Below are positions 28,928 through 37,429 of a stretch of 55,522 bases of DNA, in pieces. This DNA comes from Verrucomicrobiales bacterium (GTDB lineage: Bacteria; Verrucomicrobiota; Verrucomicrobiia; Limisphaerales; J093). Within the stretch, counting starts at the first letter, position 1; each line of letters opens with the position of its first letter. Under the pieces are notes generated by a model. It searched no databases. It saw only the letters and a program-made list of their open reading frames with translations, and was not told the origin of the DNA. The stretch is taken from assembly GCA_037445715.1 (NCBI GenBank), contig JBBIJZ010000005.1:15645-71166 (forward strand). Reading direction: 5' to 3'. The position numbers were made by a program, and so were the translations under genes.

Positions 28928-31519
28928 TCAGCCCGGGGCGACCGGGAGTTGGGGGCTGCGCTGGCGAACGGGCGCCGGCACGCTGGCGATGACCGTGGTG
29001 CCCTCACCGGGCTGGGACTCGACGGTGAGCGTGCCGCCGATCAGGAGCATCCGTTCCTCCATGCCCAGCAGACCGAGGTAACTGCGGATGTCGCCCTGGC
29101 GGCGCAAGGCCGCGGCGTTGAAGCCCTGGCCGTCATCCTCGACGATGAGCGAGACGGTTTGCTCGTGGCGCTGGAGCAGCACGTTGACCGTGCGGGCGCG
29201 GGCGTGGAAGTACACGTTGGCCAGCGCTTCCTGGGCCACGCGGTACAGCGCGGTTTCCACCCGGAGGGGTAACCGCTCGATCTCCATGTTCTGGGTCCAA
29301 AAGCGCACGTTCAGGCGGCTGCTCTGGGCGAAGTCGTTGCAGTAGCGTTGCAGCGCGACCTGCAGGCCGAAGTCGTCCAGCGCGGGCGGGCGCAGTTCCC
29401 AGGCCTTGCGGTGCATGGCCTGCACCAGGTGGGAGGCCAGTCCTTGCAGGCGCTGGACCTCGCCTTGGAGGGTTGCCGGGTCCCGGAAGTGATGATGCAG
29501 GAGTGCCAGCCCGATGTTCAGGGCGTTCAACTCCTGGCCGAGCTGGTCGTGCAACTCGCGCGCGAGCGCGGCGCGCTCGGTTTCCTGCAGGTCCACCAGC
29601 CGACTCAGGGCCTGGAGGTGGGCGGCCTCGGCCTGTTTGCGCTGGGCCACTTCCCGGCGCAACGCCTCGTTGATGCGGCGCAGCTCGGCGGTGCGTTCGG
29701 CCACGCGTTGCTCGAGCTCGGCATGGGCGGCTTGCAGGGCCGCCTCGGCCGTCTTTTGCCGCGTGATGTCCCGGACGTAGGTCATCAGACGCAGCGGCCG
29801 GCCGGCGGCGTCGCGCACCACGGTGGAATCCAGGTGCACCCACACCACCTGGCCGGTGCGGGTGAGGTAGCGCTTTTCCACTTCCACGCTGGGCACCTCG
29901 CCCCGCAGCAACCGGGCGAGCTGGGCCAGGCTCCGGGCCCGGTCCTCCGGGTGGGTCAGTTCCGCGAAGGTCCGCTGCAGGAGCTCATCCGCGGAGTACC
30001 CCAACAGTTCGCAAAAACTCGCGGGCACGCGCTGGAGGCGCCCGTCCAGGCCCACGTGCAACACCATCGTCCGGGCAAAGGCCTCGGCCCGTTCCCGCTG
30101 CCTTTCGCTCTCGCGCAGGGCTTGCTCGGCGCGCCGCAGCGCGGTGATGTCCGTCATGGCCACGAACACGCCCGTCACTTCGCCGGCCTCGTTGCGGCGG
30201 GGATGGAAGTTGGCCAGCCAGCAGCGGGGTTCCTCACCCGGGCCCGGAATGGCGAACTCGAAATCCAGGATCGGCTCGCCGCCGGCCAGCACGCGGCGCA
30301 GGGCATCGCCCATCGCCAGGGCCAGACCGGCGGAAACGGCGACCAGTGTTTTGCCGGTGTGGTCTTCGGCAGGGCGCTGCGTGAGACGGGTCAAAAAGGC
30401 GTTGACCCGCTCGAAGCGCAGTTCCCGGTCCAGCACGCACAACCCGACGGGCGCGTGCCGGTAAATCTGGTCCAGCTCCGCCCACTGGGCGCGGGCGCGG
30501 GCCTCGCTGGCCTGGAGCGCGGCTTCCGCCTGCCGGCGGGCGGCGTTGTCCGCGGCCAACTGCTGGGTGCGCTGGACCACGCGCTGCTCCAGTTCCAGGT
30601 TGGCCAGTTCCAATTCACGGCGGGCGCGGTGGCGTTGTGCCACCAGGATGGCGGTCGTCAGCCCCATCAGGCTGGTGGTGGCCAGGTAGGCGGTGCCGGC
30701 GAGCAGTTCCAAACCGCGGGGGACCTGCCCGAACAGGCCGGATTGGGTGGAAGCGGCGGGCAGGACCAGTGCCGACAGGGCGGTGGTCAACAGGGCCGTT
30801 TCGCGCGGGCTGAAGCCAAGCGCAATCACGATTACCACTGCGGCCGGCAGGCAGGCGAGCAACAACTGGCCCCGGAGAAATTCTTGCGGGCCGCTGAAGG
30901 CACAAGCCGCCGCTCCCAGGGCGGCGACAAACAACAGGGCCAGTCTGCGAAGCCGGGGCAGATTCCAGCGTTGCGGCGGCTGGGTGACCAGGAGCACCAC
31001 CAGCGGTGTCAGGGTCAACAGGCTCAGGACATGGGCCAGCCAGCCATCCAGCCGGCTCCCCGGACTCGCCCCCGAGCCGTCCGCCCAAAGCCAGTGGCCC
31101 GTTGCCACGGCCAGGGCCGGCACTCCGAGGCCGACCCCGAGGGTAAATCGCGCGAAGTTTTCCAAGCTGTCCAGAAACCCGGTCCCGCCACAGCATTTGC
31201 GGCTGAGCCAGGCTCCCAAACCGGCCTCGCCTGCGGCCATTGCGGCCAACAGGGCGACTTTGCCCGCGGGCAAGTTCCACAAAAGCGCGGTCACCCCCAC
31301 GCTGCCGGCCAGCGCCACGGCGCCCCGCCATCCGGCCAGCAGCCACAGCGCCACGCCGACTCCATAAACCGAGGCCAGGACGCCCGTCAGGGCCCGCTCC
31401 CCGAAAACCAAGAGTCCCATCCAGGCCGCGGCGGCCGCTACCAACAGCCCGCCCGCCAGCTGAAGGACCTGCCGGTCTTTCAGCCTGGGTTGCCCGGTGG
31501 CTGTGGCTTCGCCCGTCAT
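28928..31519 (-). CDS. Sensor histidine kinase: MASE1-like TM region, two PAS domains, HisKA_3/HATPase
   Basis: Multi-TM N-terminus; PAS (APVG..VLD; THPED); ER..LARELHD.LGQ; QEAL.N..HA; DDG.GF; GL.GM.ER; start ATG 31519 or 31588. Confidence 0.93.
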   Translation of the reverse strand: MTGEATATGQPRLKDRQVLQLAGGLLVAAAAAWMGLLVFGERALTGVLASVYGVGVALWLLAGWRGAVALAGSVGVTALLWNLPAGKVALLAAMAAGEAGLGAWLSRKCCGGTGFLDSLENFARFTLGVGLGVPALAVATGHWLWADGSGASPGSRLDGWLAHVLSLLTLTPLVVLLVTQPPQRWNLPRLRRLALLFVAALGAAACAFSGPQEFLRGQLLLACLPAAVVIVIALGFSPRETALLTTALSALVLPAASTQSGLFGQVPRGLELLAGTAYLATTSLMGLTTAILVAQRHRARRELELANLELEQRVVQRTQQLAADNAARRQAEAALQASEARARAQWAELDQIYRHAPVGLCVLDRELRFERVNAFLTRLTQRPAEDHTGKTLVAVSAGLALAMGDALRRVLAGGEPILDFEFAIPGPGEEPRCWLANFHPRRNEAGEVTGVFVAMTDITALRRAEQALRESERQRERAEAFARTMVLHVGLDGRLQRVPASFCELLGYSADELLQRTFAELTHPEDRARSLAQLARLLRGEVPSVEVEKRYLTRTGQVVWVHLDSTVVRDAAGRPLRLMTYVRDITRQKTAEAALQAAHAELEQRVAERTAELRRINEALRREVAQRKQAEAAHLQALSRLVDLQETERAALARELHDQLGQELNALNIGLALLHHHFRDPATLQGEVQRLQGLASHLVQAMHRKAWELRPPALDDFGLQVALQRYCNDFAQSSRLNVRFWTQNMEIERLPLRVETALYRVAQEALANVYFHARARTVNVLLQRHEQTVSLIVEDDGQGFNAAALRRQGDIRSYLGLLGMEERMLLIGGTLTVESQPGEGTTVIASVPAPVRQRSPQLPVAPG

Positions 31520-31635
31520 TGGCTGTTTGGCCCGTTTGGGCCTCCTACCCTCTCCATCCCGGGTTCCGCTCCTCATCCCGCCAGCCATGGCCGGACGCCG
31601 CAGGCACTCCTGCTTCCCGGAACTTACGGGTCACT

Positions 31636-31655
31636 TGTAAGGGAATTCCCCGACA
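31636..31655. promoter_or_regulatory. 20-bp inverted repeat, candidate response-regulator binding site
   Basis: TGTAAGGGAATTCCCCGACA: 16/20 self-complementary with a perfect GGGAATTCCC core, in the divergent kinase/nuoH intergenic region. Confidence 0.45.
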
Positions 31656-31764
31656 CTGTAAAGCGCCGAGTTGTCCGGGCGCTCCGGGCTGCGCTCCTTT
31701 TTGCCCGGGTGAAAACCGGCGTTGGCAGCGTGCGGGCCTTTCCCTAGCATCCGCGCGCGTTTTT

Positions 31765-32961
31765 GTGGTGGAACTCCTCGAGCAAGCGCCCTTGAAGCTG
31801 GGCCAGTGGTTGGTCGCACGGGTGCCGCAAGCCTGGCAGCCCGTGGCGGGCGCCTGCCTGGGGGCCGCCCTGATCGTGGCCGTCTTTGCCGGGTTGTTTG
31901 CCCTGACCACCTGGCTCGAGCGCAAAGGGCTGGCGCGAATGCAGAATCGCCCCGGGCCCAACCGCGTCGGCCCCGCCGGCCTGCTCCAACCGGCGGCCGA
32001 CGGGTTGAAGATGCTTTTCAAGGAGGACATCCGGCCATTTGCCGCCGACCGCTGGGTGCACACGCTGGCGCCGCTGTTGAAGGTGGTGCCGGTGGTCTGC
32101 GCGCTGGCGGTGATTCCGTTCGGGCGGCACCTGGTGGCCCTCGATCTGGATGCCGGGCTGGTGTTCTTCTTCGCGATGGGTTCGGTGACGGAGGTCGCGC
32201 TGTTCATGGCCGGCTGGGGCAGCCGCAACAAGTACTCGCTGCTGGGGGCGATGCGGGCCATCGCCCAGCTCATCAGCTACGAGGTGCCGCTGGCCCTGGC
32301 GGCGCTGACGGCGGTCCTGGTCTCGGGCAGCCTGTCGCTGTCCGCGATCGTGGACAGCCAGGCCGGCGCGTACCCGGGCGGGCTGGCGCGCTGGCACGTC
32401 TTCACGCCCTGGGGCCTGGCGGGACTGGTCCTGTTTTTCACCGCCACCACCGCCAAGGCCAACCGCGCCCCCTTTGATCTGCCCGAGGGTGAGTCGGAAA
32501 TCATCGCCGGGCACCTGGTCGAGTACTCCGGGTTCAAGTACGCCCTGTTTTTTCTGGGCGAATACCTGCTGCTGTTCGGCTACAGCGCGGTGGGGATCAC
32601 CCTGTTTCTGGGCGGCTGGCGGGCGCCTTTGGTCTGGTTGGAGTGGGTGCCGAGTTACGTGTGGTTCGCGCTGAAATTGCTGGTCTGCATCGCCTGGTTC
32701 ATCTGGCTGCGCGGCACGGTCCCGCGGCTGCGCGCGGACCAGTTGATGCACTTTGCCTGGAAGTTCCTGCTGCCGCTGGGGCTGGCGGCCAACCTCGCCG
32801 CCATGCTCTGGCAGGCCACTGCCGACTGGACCTTTGCCGGGGCGACGCCGGTGCGCTGGGCGCTGGCCGGCGGGCTGGTGCTGGTGCCGTACCAAATCCT
32901 GGGACGTTCGCTGATGGGCGAAGCGGCCACGCTGCCGCGCCGCTATCGCTTTGCCGAGTAA
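31765..32961 (+). CDS. nuoH: Complex I subunit H
   Basis: ERK..ARMQNR.GPNRVG..GLLQP.ADGLK...KED; ISYEVP; NRAPFDLPEGESE; EYSG; R.RADQLM. Confidence 0.93.
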   Translation: MVELLEQAPLKLGQWLVARVPQAWQPVAGACLGAALIVAVFAGLFALTTWLERKGLARMQNRPGPNRVGPAGLLQPAADGLKMLFKEDIRPFAADRWVHTLAPLLKVVPVVCALAVIPFGRHLVALDLDAGLVFFFAMGSVTEVALFMAGWGSRNKYSLLGAMRAIAQLISYEVPLALAALTAVLVSGSLSLSAIVDSQAGAYPGGLARWHVFTPWGLAGLVLFFTATTAKANRAPFDLPEGESEIIAGHLVEYSGFKYALFFLGEYLLLFGYSAVGITLFLGGWRAPLVWLEWVPSYVWFALKLLVCIAWFIWLRGTVPRLRADQLMHFAWKFLLPLGLAANLAAMLWQATADWTFAGATPVRWALAGGLVLVPYQILGRSLMGEAATLPRRYRFAE

Positions 32962-32966
32962 CCTGC

Positions 32967-33485
32967 ATGGAAACCGCCTTCCAACTGCTGGCCGCGGGGG
33001 TGCTGGTCGCGGCGGTGGCCGCGATGAGCCTGCGCCAGCTCGTTCACTGCGCGTTGTGTCTGGTGGCGGTCTTTGCGGCCGCCGCCGGCCTGTTCCTCAC
33101 GTTGGGCGCCGAGTTTCTGGCCTTTGCCCAGGTGCTGGTGTACGTGGGCGCCATTTCGATTCTGATCGTCTTCGCCATGTTGCTGACGCGCACCCGCGCG
33201 GTGGACCCGGCGGACCTGAGCGTGCGCCCGCGCGCGCTGGGCATCATGGTGGCGGGGGCGGTCACCGGCTTGGTGGTCGCCGCCGTGCTCGCCAGCGGGG
33301 CGCTACCGGACAAGACCGCGGCCACACCGGCGGTGCCGGTGCGGGAACTGGGCCGGGAGTTGATGACGCAGCAGGTGCCGGCCCTGCTGGCGGTGGGGCT
33401 GTTGTTGACTGCGGCCCTGATCGGCGCGGTGGTGCTGGCCCTGCGCGAGCCGCCCGCCGCGACCGGAAAGGAGCCGCGCCCATGA
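32967..33485 (+). CDS. nuoJ: Complex I subunit J
   Basis: LGAEFLAFAQVLVYVGAI.ILIVFA.ML; LL.AALIGAVVLA. Confidence 0.92.
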   Translation: METAFQLLAAGVLVAAVAAMSLRQLVHCALCLVAVFAAAAGLFLTLGAEFLAFAQVLVYVGAISILIVFAMLLTRTRAVDPADLSVRPRALGIMVAGAVTGLVVAAVLASGALPDKTAATPAVPVRELGRELMTQQVPALLAVGLLLTAALIGAVVLALREPPAATGKEPRP

Positions 33486-33793
33486 GTCCGCTCGAACGCT
33501 ATTTAATTGTGGCCGCCCTGCTGTTCGGCGTCGGTCTCGCCGGTGCCCTCACCCGTCGCAACGCCATCCTGGCCCTGGCGGGCATCGAGCTGATGCTCAC
33601 GGCGGTGAATCTCAACCTCATTGCCTTCTGGCGTCACGGCGGTCACGACGCCGGCGCCGCGGGCCAGGTCTTTGTGCTCTTTGTCATCGCGGTGGCCGCG
33701 GCGGAAACCGCCGTGGGGTTGGCGCTGATCATCGCCCTGTTCCGGCACCGGCGCACAGTGCACCTGGACGAGGCCGACCAGTTGCGGGGATGA
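33482..33793 (+). CDS. nuoK: Complex I subunit K
   Basis: RRNAI, IELML.AVNLN, VAAAE.AVGLA; ATGA overlap. Confidence 0.93.
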   Translation: MSPLERYLIVAALLFGVGLAGALTRRNAILALAGIELMLTAVNLNLIAFWRHGGHDAGAAGQVFVLFVIAVAAAETAVGLALIIALFRHRRTVHLDEADQLRG

Positions 33794-35868
33794 ACGGCGT
33801 GGTGCATCAGCTCTGGCTCGTCCCTGTCCTGCCGCTGCTGGCCGCGGGAGTGCTGGCGTTGTTGCCGCGCCGGGCCCGTCGCGTCGCCGCCGGGCTGGCG
33901 ATCGGCGCGCTGGCCGTGAGCCTGGTGCTCGCTCTGGCGGCTCTGGCCGCTACTCGGGCCGCGCCGGAGCCCGAAGGCTTCCGCGCCGTGGTCAATTTCC
34001 CCTGGCTGGCCTGGGGCGAACACACCCTCATGCTGGGCTGGGTACTCGACCCCCTGGCGGCGGCGATGCTGGTAATGGTCTGCCTGGTCGGGCTGCTGAT
34101 CTTCATCTACAGCGTCGGGTACATGGCCGGGGACGAGAACTTCACCCGGTTCTTCTGTTTCCTGTCGTTGTTTGCCGGCGCGATGCTGGCCGTGGTGATG
34201 GCCAACAGTCTGTTGCTCCTGTTCATTGCCTGGGAGCTGGTGGGGTTGGCGTCGTACCTCCTGATCGGGTTTTGGTACCAAAAACCGGCCGCCGCCGCGG
34301 CCGCCAAGAAGGCCTTTCTCACCACGCGGGTGGGCGACCTGGGGCTGTTCGCCGGGATGCTCTGGCTGTACGCCGCCACGGGGACCCTGGTTTTTTACGA
34401 CGAGGGCCGCGGTTGTCTCGAGGCGTCGGCGGTCAACACCCTGGCCGGGCGCACGGTGACGGCGGGTCTGACGTTGTCGGCGGTCATCAGCCTGCTGGTC
34501 CTGCTGGGCGCGGCGGGCAAGTCCGGTCAGTTCCCGCTGCATGTGTGGTTGCCGGACGCGATGGAAGGCCCCACGCCGGTCAGCGCCCTGATCCACGCGG
34601 CGACGATGGTGGCCGCGGGCGTGTTCCTGGTGGCGCGAATGTTTCCGCTGTTTGCCGCCGTCCCGCCCGGCGCGACCGGCCCCTCGCCCGCCCTGCAGGC
34701 GGTGGCCTGGCTGGGCGCGGGGACCGCGGTGTTTGCGGCGTTGATCGCCGTGGCCCAGACCGACCTCAAGCGCATCCTGGCCTACTCGACCGTGTCGCAA
34801 CTGGGCTACATGTTCCTGGGCCTTGGGGTGGGCGGCGTGGCCGTGGGGATGTTCCACCTGCTCACGCACGCCGGCTTCAAGGCCCTGCTGTTCCTCGGTG
34901 CCGGCTCGGTCATCCACGGCTGTCACGGCGAGCAGGACATCCGCCGGTTGGGCGGTTTGTGGCGGGCGCAACCGATCACCTTTGCGACCTACGCCGTAGG
35001 AATGATGGCCCTGGCCGGCGTGCCGCTGCTCTTCTCCGGGTTCTGGAGCAAGGAGGAAATCCTCCACGGCGCGCTCGGCTGGCCGGTGTCGCGCGGGCCG
35101 TTCTGGCTGGGAGTAGCGGGCGCGCTGCTGACGGCCTTCTACATGACCCGGCAAATGGTGTTCGTGTTCTTCGGCCCGTACCGGGGCGCAGCCGCGGCGG
35201 GCCGGGACGCGGCGGCCGCGGACGGCGTCCATGAAAGCCCGCCGGTGATGACCGTCCCGCTGGTGTTGCTGGCGGTTGGCGCGGTGGTCCCGGGCTTCTT
35301 CGGCACGCCGGCCTGGCCCGCGCTGCAAGCGTATCTGGACCCGGCCCACGCCATGCACCTCGCTCCAGACCTGCGCCGTCTGTTCAGCGCAGAGGTCTTG
35401 AAGCTGATGGCGCTTTCGACGGCCGTGGTGCTGGCCGGGCTGGGCCTGGGCTGGTGGCTCTACGGGCGCCGTCCCATCACCGATCCGGCCGCGCCGGACG
35501 CGCTCGAGCTCGCGCAGCCGGGCCTGTTCCGGCTCTTGCGCGAGAAATTCCGCGTGGACGAGTTCTACGCGGCCACGGTGGTGCGCTGGCACGCCGCTTG
35601 GGCGGGTTGGGGAGACCTGTTGGACCGCTGGCTGTGGGGCGGGCTGGTGTGGCTGGTGCAAGGCCTGGCCCTGGGCCTGGCCTGGGTGAGCCGACTGGTG
35701 GACGAGTTCGCGGTCAACGGGGGGTTCGATGCGGCGTGCGCGCGGTTGGTGCGCAGTGGGCGACGCGTGGCCGGGTTGTCCACCGGGCGGCTGCCGGGGT
35801 ACTTGCGCGGCGTGGCGGCGGGAGCGCTGGCGCTGGGGCTTTTGTTGCTGTGGGGAGGTTGCCGATGA
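33790..35868 (+). CDS. nuoL: Complex I subunit L with extended lateral helix
   Basis: YSVGYM, WELVG..SYLLIGFW, GKSGQFPLHVWLPDAMEGPTPVSALIHAATMV, GFWSKE. Confidence 0.95.
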   Translation: MNGVVHQLWLVPVLPLLAAGVLALLPRRARRVAAGLAIGALAVSLVLALAALAATRAAPEPEGFRAVVNFPWLAWGEHTLMLGWVLDPLAAAMLVMVCLVGLLIFIYSVGYMAGDENFTRFFCFLSLFAGAMLAVVMANSLLLLFIAWELVGLASYLLIGFWYQKPAAAAAAKKAFLTTRVGDLGLFAGMLWLYAATGTLVFYDEGRGCLEASAVNTLAGRTVTAGLTLSAVISLLVLLGAAGKSGQFPLHVWLPDAMEGPTPVSALIHAATMVAAGVFLVARMFPLFAAVPPGATGPSPALQAVAWLGAGTAVFAALIAVAQTDLKRILAYSTVSQLGYMFLGLGVGGVAVGMFHLLTHAGFKALLFLGAGSVIHGCHGEQDIRRLGGLWRAQPITFATYAVGMMALAGVPLLFSGFWSKEEILHGALGWPVSRGPFWLGVAGALLTAFYMTRQMVFVFFGPYRGAAAAGRDAAAADGVHESPPVMTVPLVLLAVGAVVPGFFGTPAWPALQAYLDPAHAMHLAPDLRRLFSAEVLKLMALSTAVVLAGLGLGWWLYGRRPITDPAAPDALELAQPGLFRLLREKFRVDEFYAATVVRWHAAWAGWGDLLDRWLWGGLVWLVQGLALGLAWVSRLVDEFAVNGGFDAACARLVRSGRRVAGLSTGRLPGYLRGVAAGALALGLLLLWGGCR

Positions 35869-37427
35869 GGGAGCTGCCGCTGCTGAGTGCCCTGACGTTT
35901 TTGCCGCTGGCGGGCGGGCTGCTGGTGCTCGCGCTGGGGGAACGCCGCGCCGCGGTGGCGCGCCGACTGGCCCTGGCCGTGGCCGGGCTGGGCGTGGCGC
36001 TGGCGATGGGTCTGGTGGCCGCCTTCGATCCGGCGTCGGGCTCGATGCAGTTCGTCGAGAAACACCGATGGATTCCGGCCCTGGCGGTGGATTATCACCT
36101 GGGGCTGGACGGGCTGAGCCTGGTGTTGGTGGTGCTGACCACGCTGCTGGTGCCCGCGGCCATGCTGGTCCCGGGCGGGCCGCGCGAGCGGCGGGCGTTG
36201 TTCTGGGCGCTGATGCTGTTTCTGGAGGCCGGATTGCTGGGCACGTTCACGGCCCTGAACTTTTTCCACTGGTTCCTGTTCTGGGAACTGAGCCTGATCC
36301 CGGCGTTTTTCCTGATCAAACTCTGGGGCGGCCCGGAAAGCGGCCCGGCCGCCACGCAGTTCTTCCTCTACACCCTGGCGGGCAGTGCCGCCATGTTGCT
36401 GGCGTTTCTGGCCATTTTTCTGGCGGTAGGGAAATTCGACTTCCTCGAGCTGGCCGAGCTGGGGCGGGCGGACCGGCTCACGGCGCACTTCCACGTCAGT
36501 CTGGGCTGGTACGCGCTGCCCGCGGAGACGCTCACGCGCCTGGTGTTCGCGGGGGTGTTTCTGGGGCTGGCGGTGAAGGTGCCGGTGATGCCGTTTCACA
36601 CCTGGCTGCCCGCGGCGTATGCCGAGGCGCCCACCGGGGTGACGATGTTGCTGACCGGGGCGATGTCGAAGATGGGGGTGTACGGCTTCGCGCGGCTGCT
36701 GGTGCCGATTTTTCCCGAGCAGGTCCGCGCCCTGCAAACACCGCTGCTGGTCCTGGTGGTGTTCACGATTCTGTTCTCGGCCGCCACGGCCTTCGCGCAA
36801 CGCGACCTGAAGCGGATGCTGGCCTATTCCTCGATCAACCACCTGGGCTACGCCCTGCTGGGACTCGTGGCGGCCGCCGGCGCCGGCGCCGCTGCCGACG
36901 CCCGCGCGGCCCAGGAACAAGCGGCCGCCCTCAACGGTGTGCTCTTCCAACTGTTCGCCCACGGCGTGACCGCCGCCACGCTCTTCGCCGCGGTGGGCTG
37001 GCTGGAGCAACGCAGCGGCGGGCGGCGCGGGCTGGATGATTTCGGCGGGTTGCGGCGCGTGGCGCCGGTCTTCACCGGGCTGACGGGCATCGCGCTGTTC
37101 GCCTCGCTGGGATTGCCCGGGCTGTGCGGGTTTGTGGGCGAGTTTCTGATTTTCAAGGGCGCCTTTGCGCTGGCGCCCGCGGCGGCGGCCGCGGCGTTGC
37201 CGGGGTTGCTGCTGACCGCGGTGTTCTTGCTGACGCTGATGCAGCGGGTGTTTCACGGACCGCTCGAACCGCGCTGGGCCGGGCTGGCGGACCTGACCTG
37301 GCGCGAGCGGCTGGGGCTCGCGCCGGCCCTGGCGGTGATCTTCGGGCTGGGGATTTACCCGCAAGGGTTGCTGCACTTCACCAACGCCACGGTGGTGGCG
37401 CTGGCGGAGGCCTGGCGGCCGTTTTGA
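35865..37427 (+). CDS. nuoM: Complex I subunit M (copy 1)
   Basis: FWELSLIP, AVKVP..PFHTWLP.AY, SKMGVYG, GFVGEF; ATGA overlap. Confidence 0.92.
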   Translation: MRELPLLSALTFLPLAGGLLVLALGERRAAVARRLALAVAGLGVALAMGLVAAFDPASGSMQFVEKHRWIPALAVDYHLGLDGLSLVLVVLTTLLVPAAMLVPGGPRERRALFWALMLFLEAGLLGTFTALNFFHWFLFWELSLIPAFFLIKLWGGPESGPAATQFFLYTLAGSAAMLLAFLAIFLAVGKFDFLELAELGRADRLTAHFHVSLGWYALPAETLTRLVFAGVFLGLAVKVPVMPFHTWLPAAYAEAPTGVTMLLTGAMSKMGVYGFARLLVPIFPEQVRALQTPLLVLVVFTILFSAATAFAQRDLKRMLAYSSINHLGYALLGLVAAAGAGAAADARAAQEQAAALNGVLFQLFAHGVTAATLFAAVGWLEQRSGGRRGLDDFGGLRRVAPVFTGLTGIALFASLGLPGLCGFVGEFLIFKGAFALAPAAAAAALPGLLLTAVFLLTLMQRVFHGPLEPRWAGLADLTWRERLGLAPALAVIFGLGIYPQGLLHFTNATVVALAEAWRPF

Positions 37428-37429
37428 GC

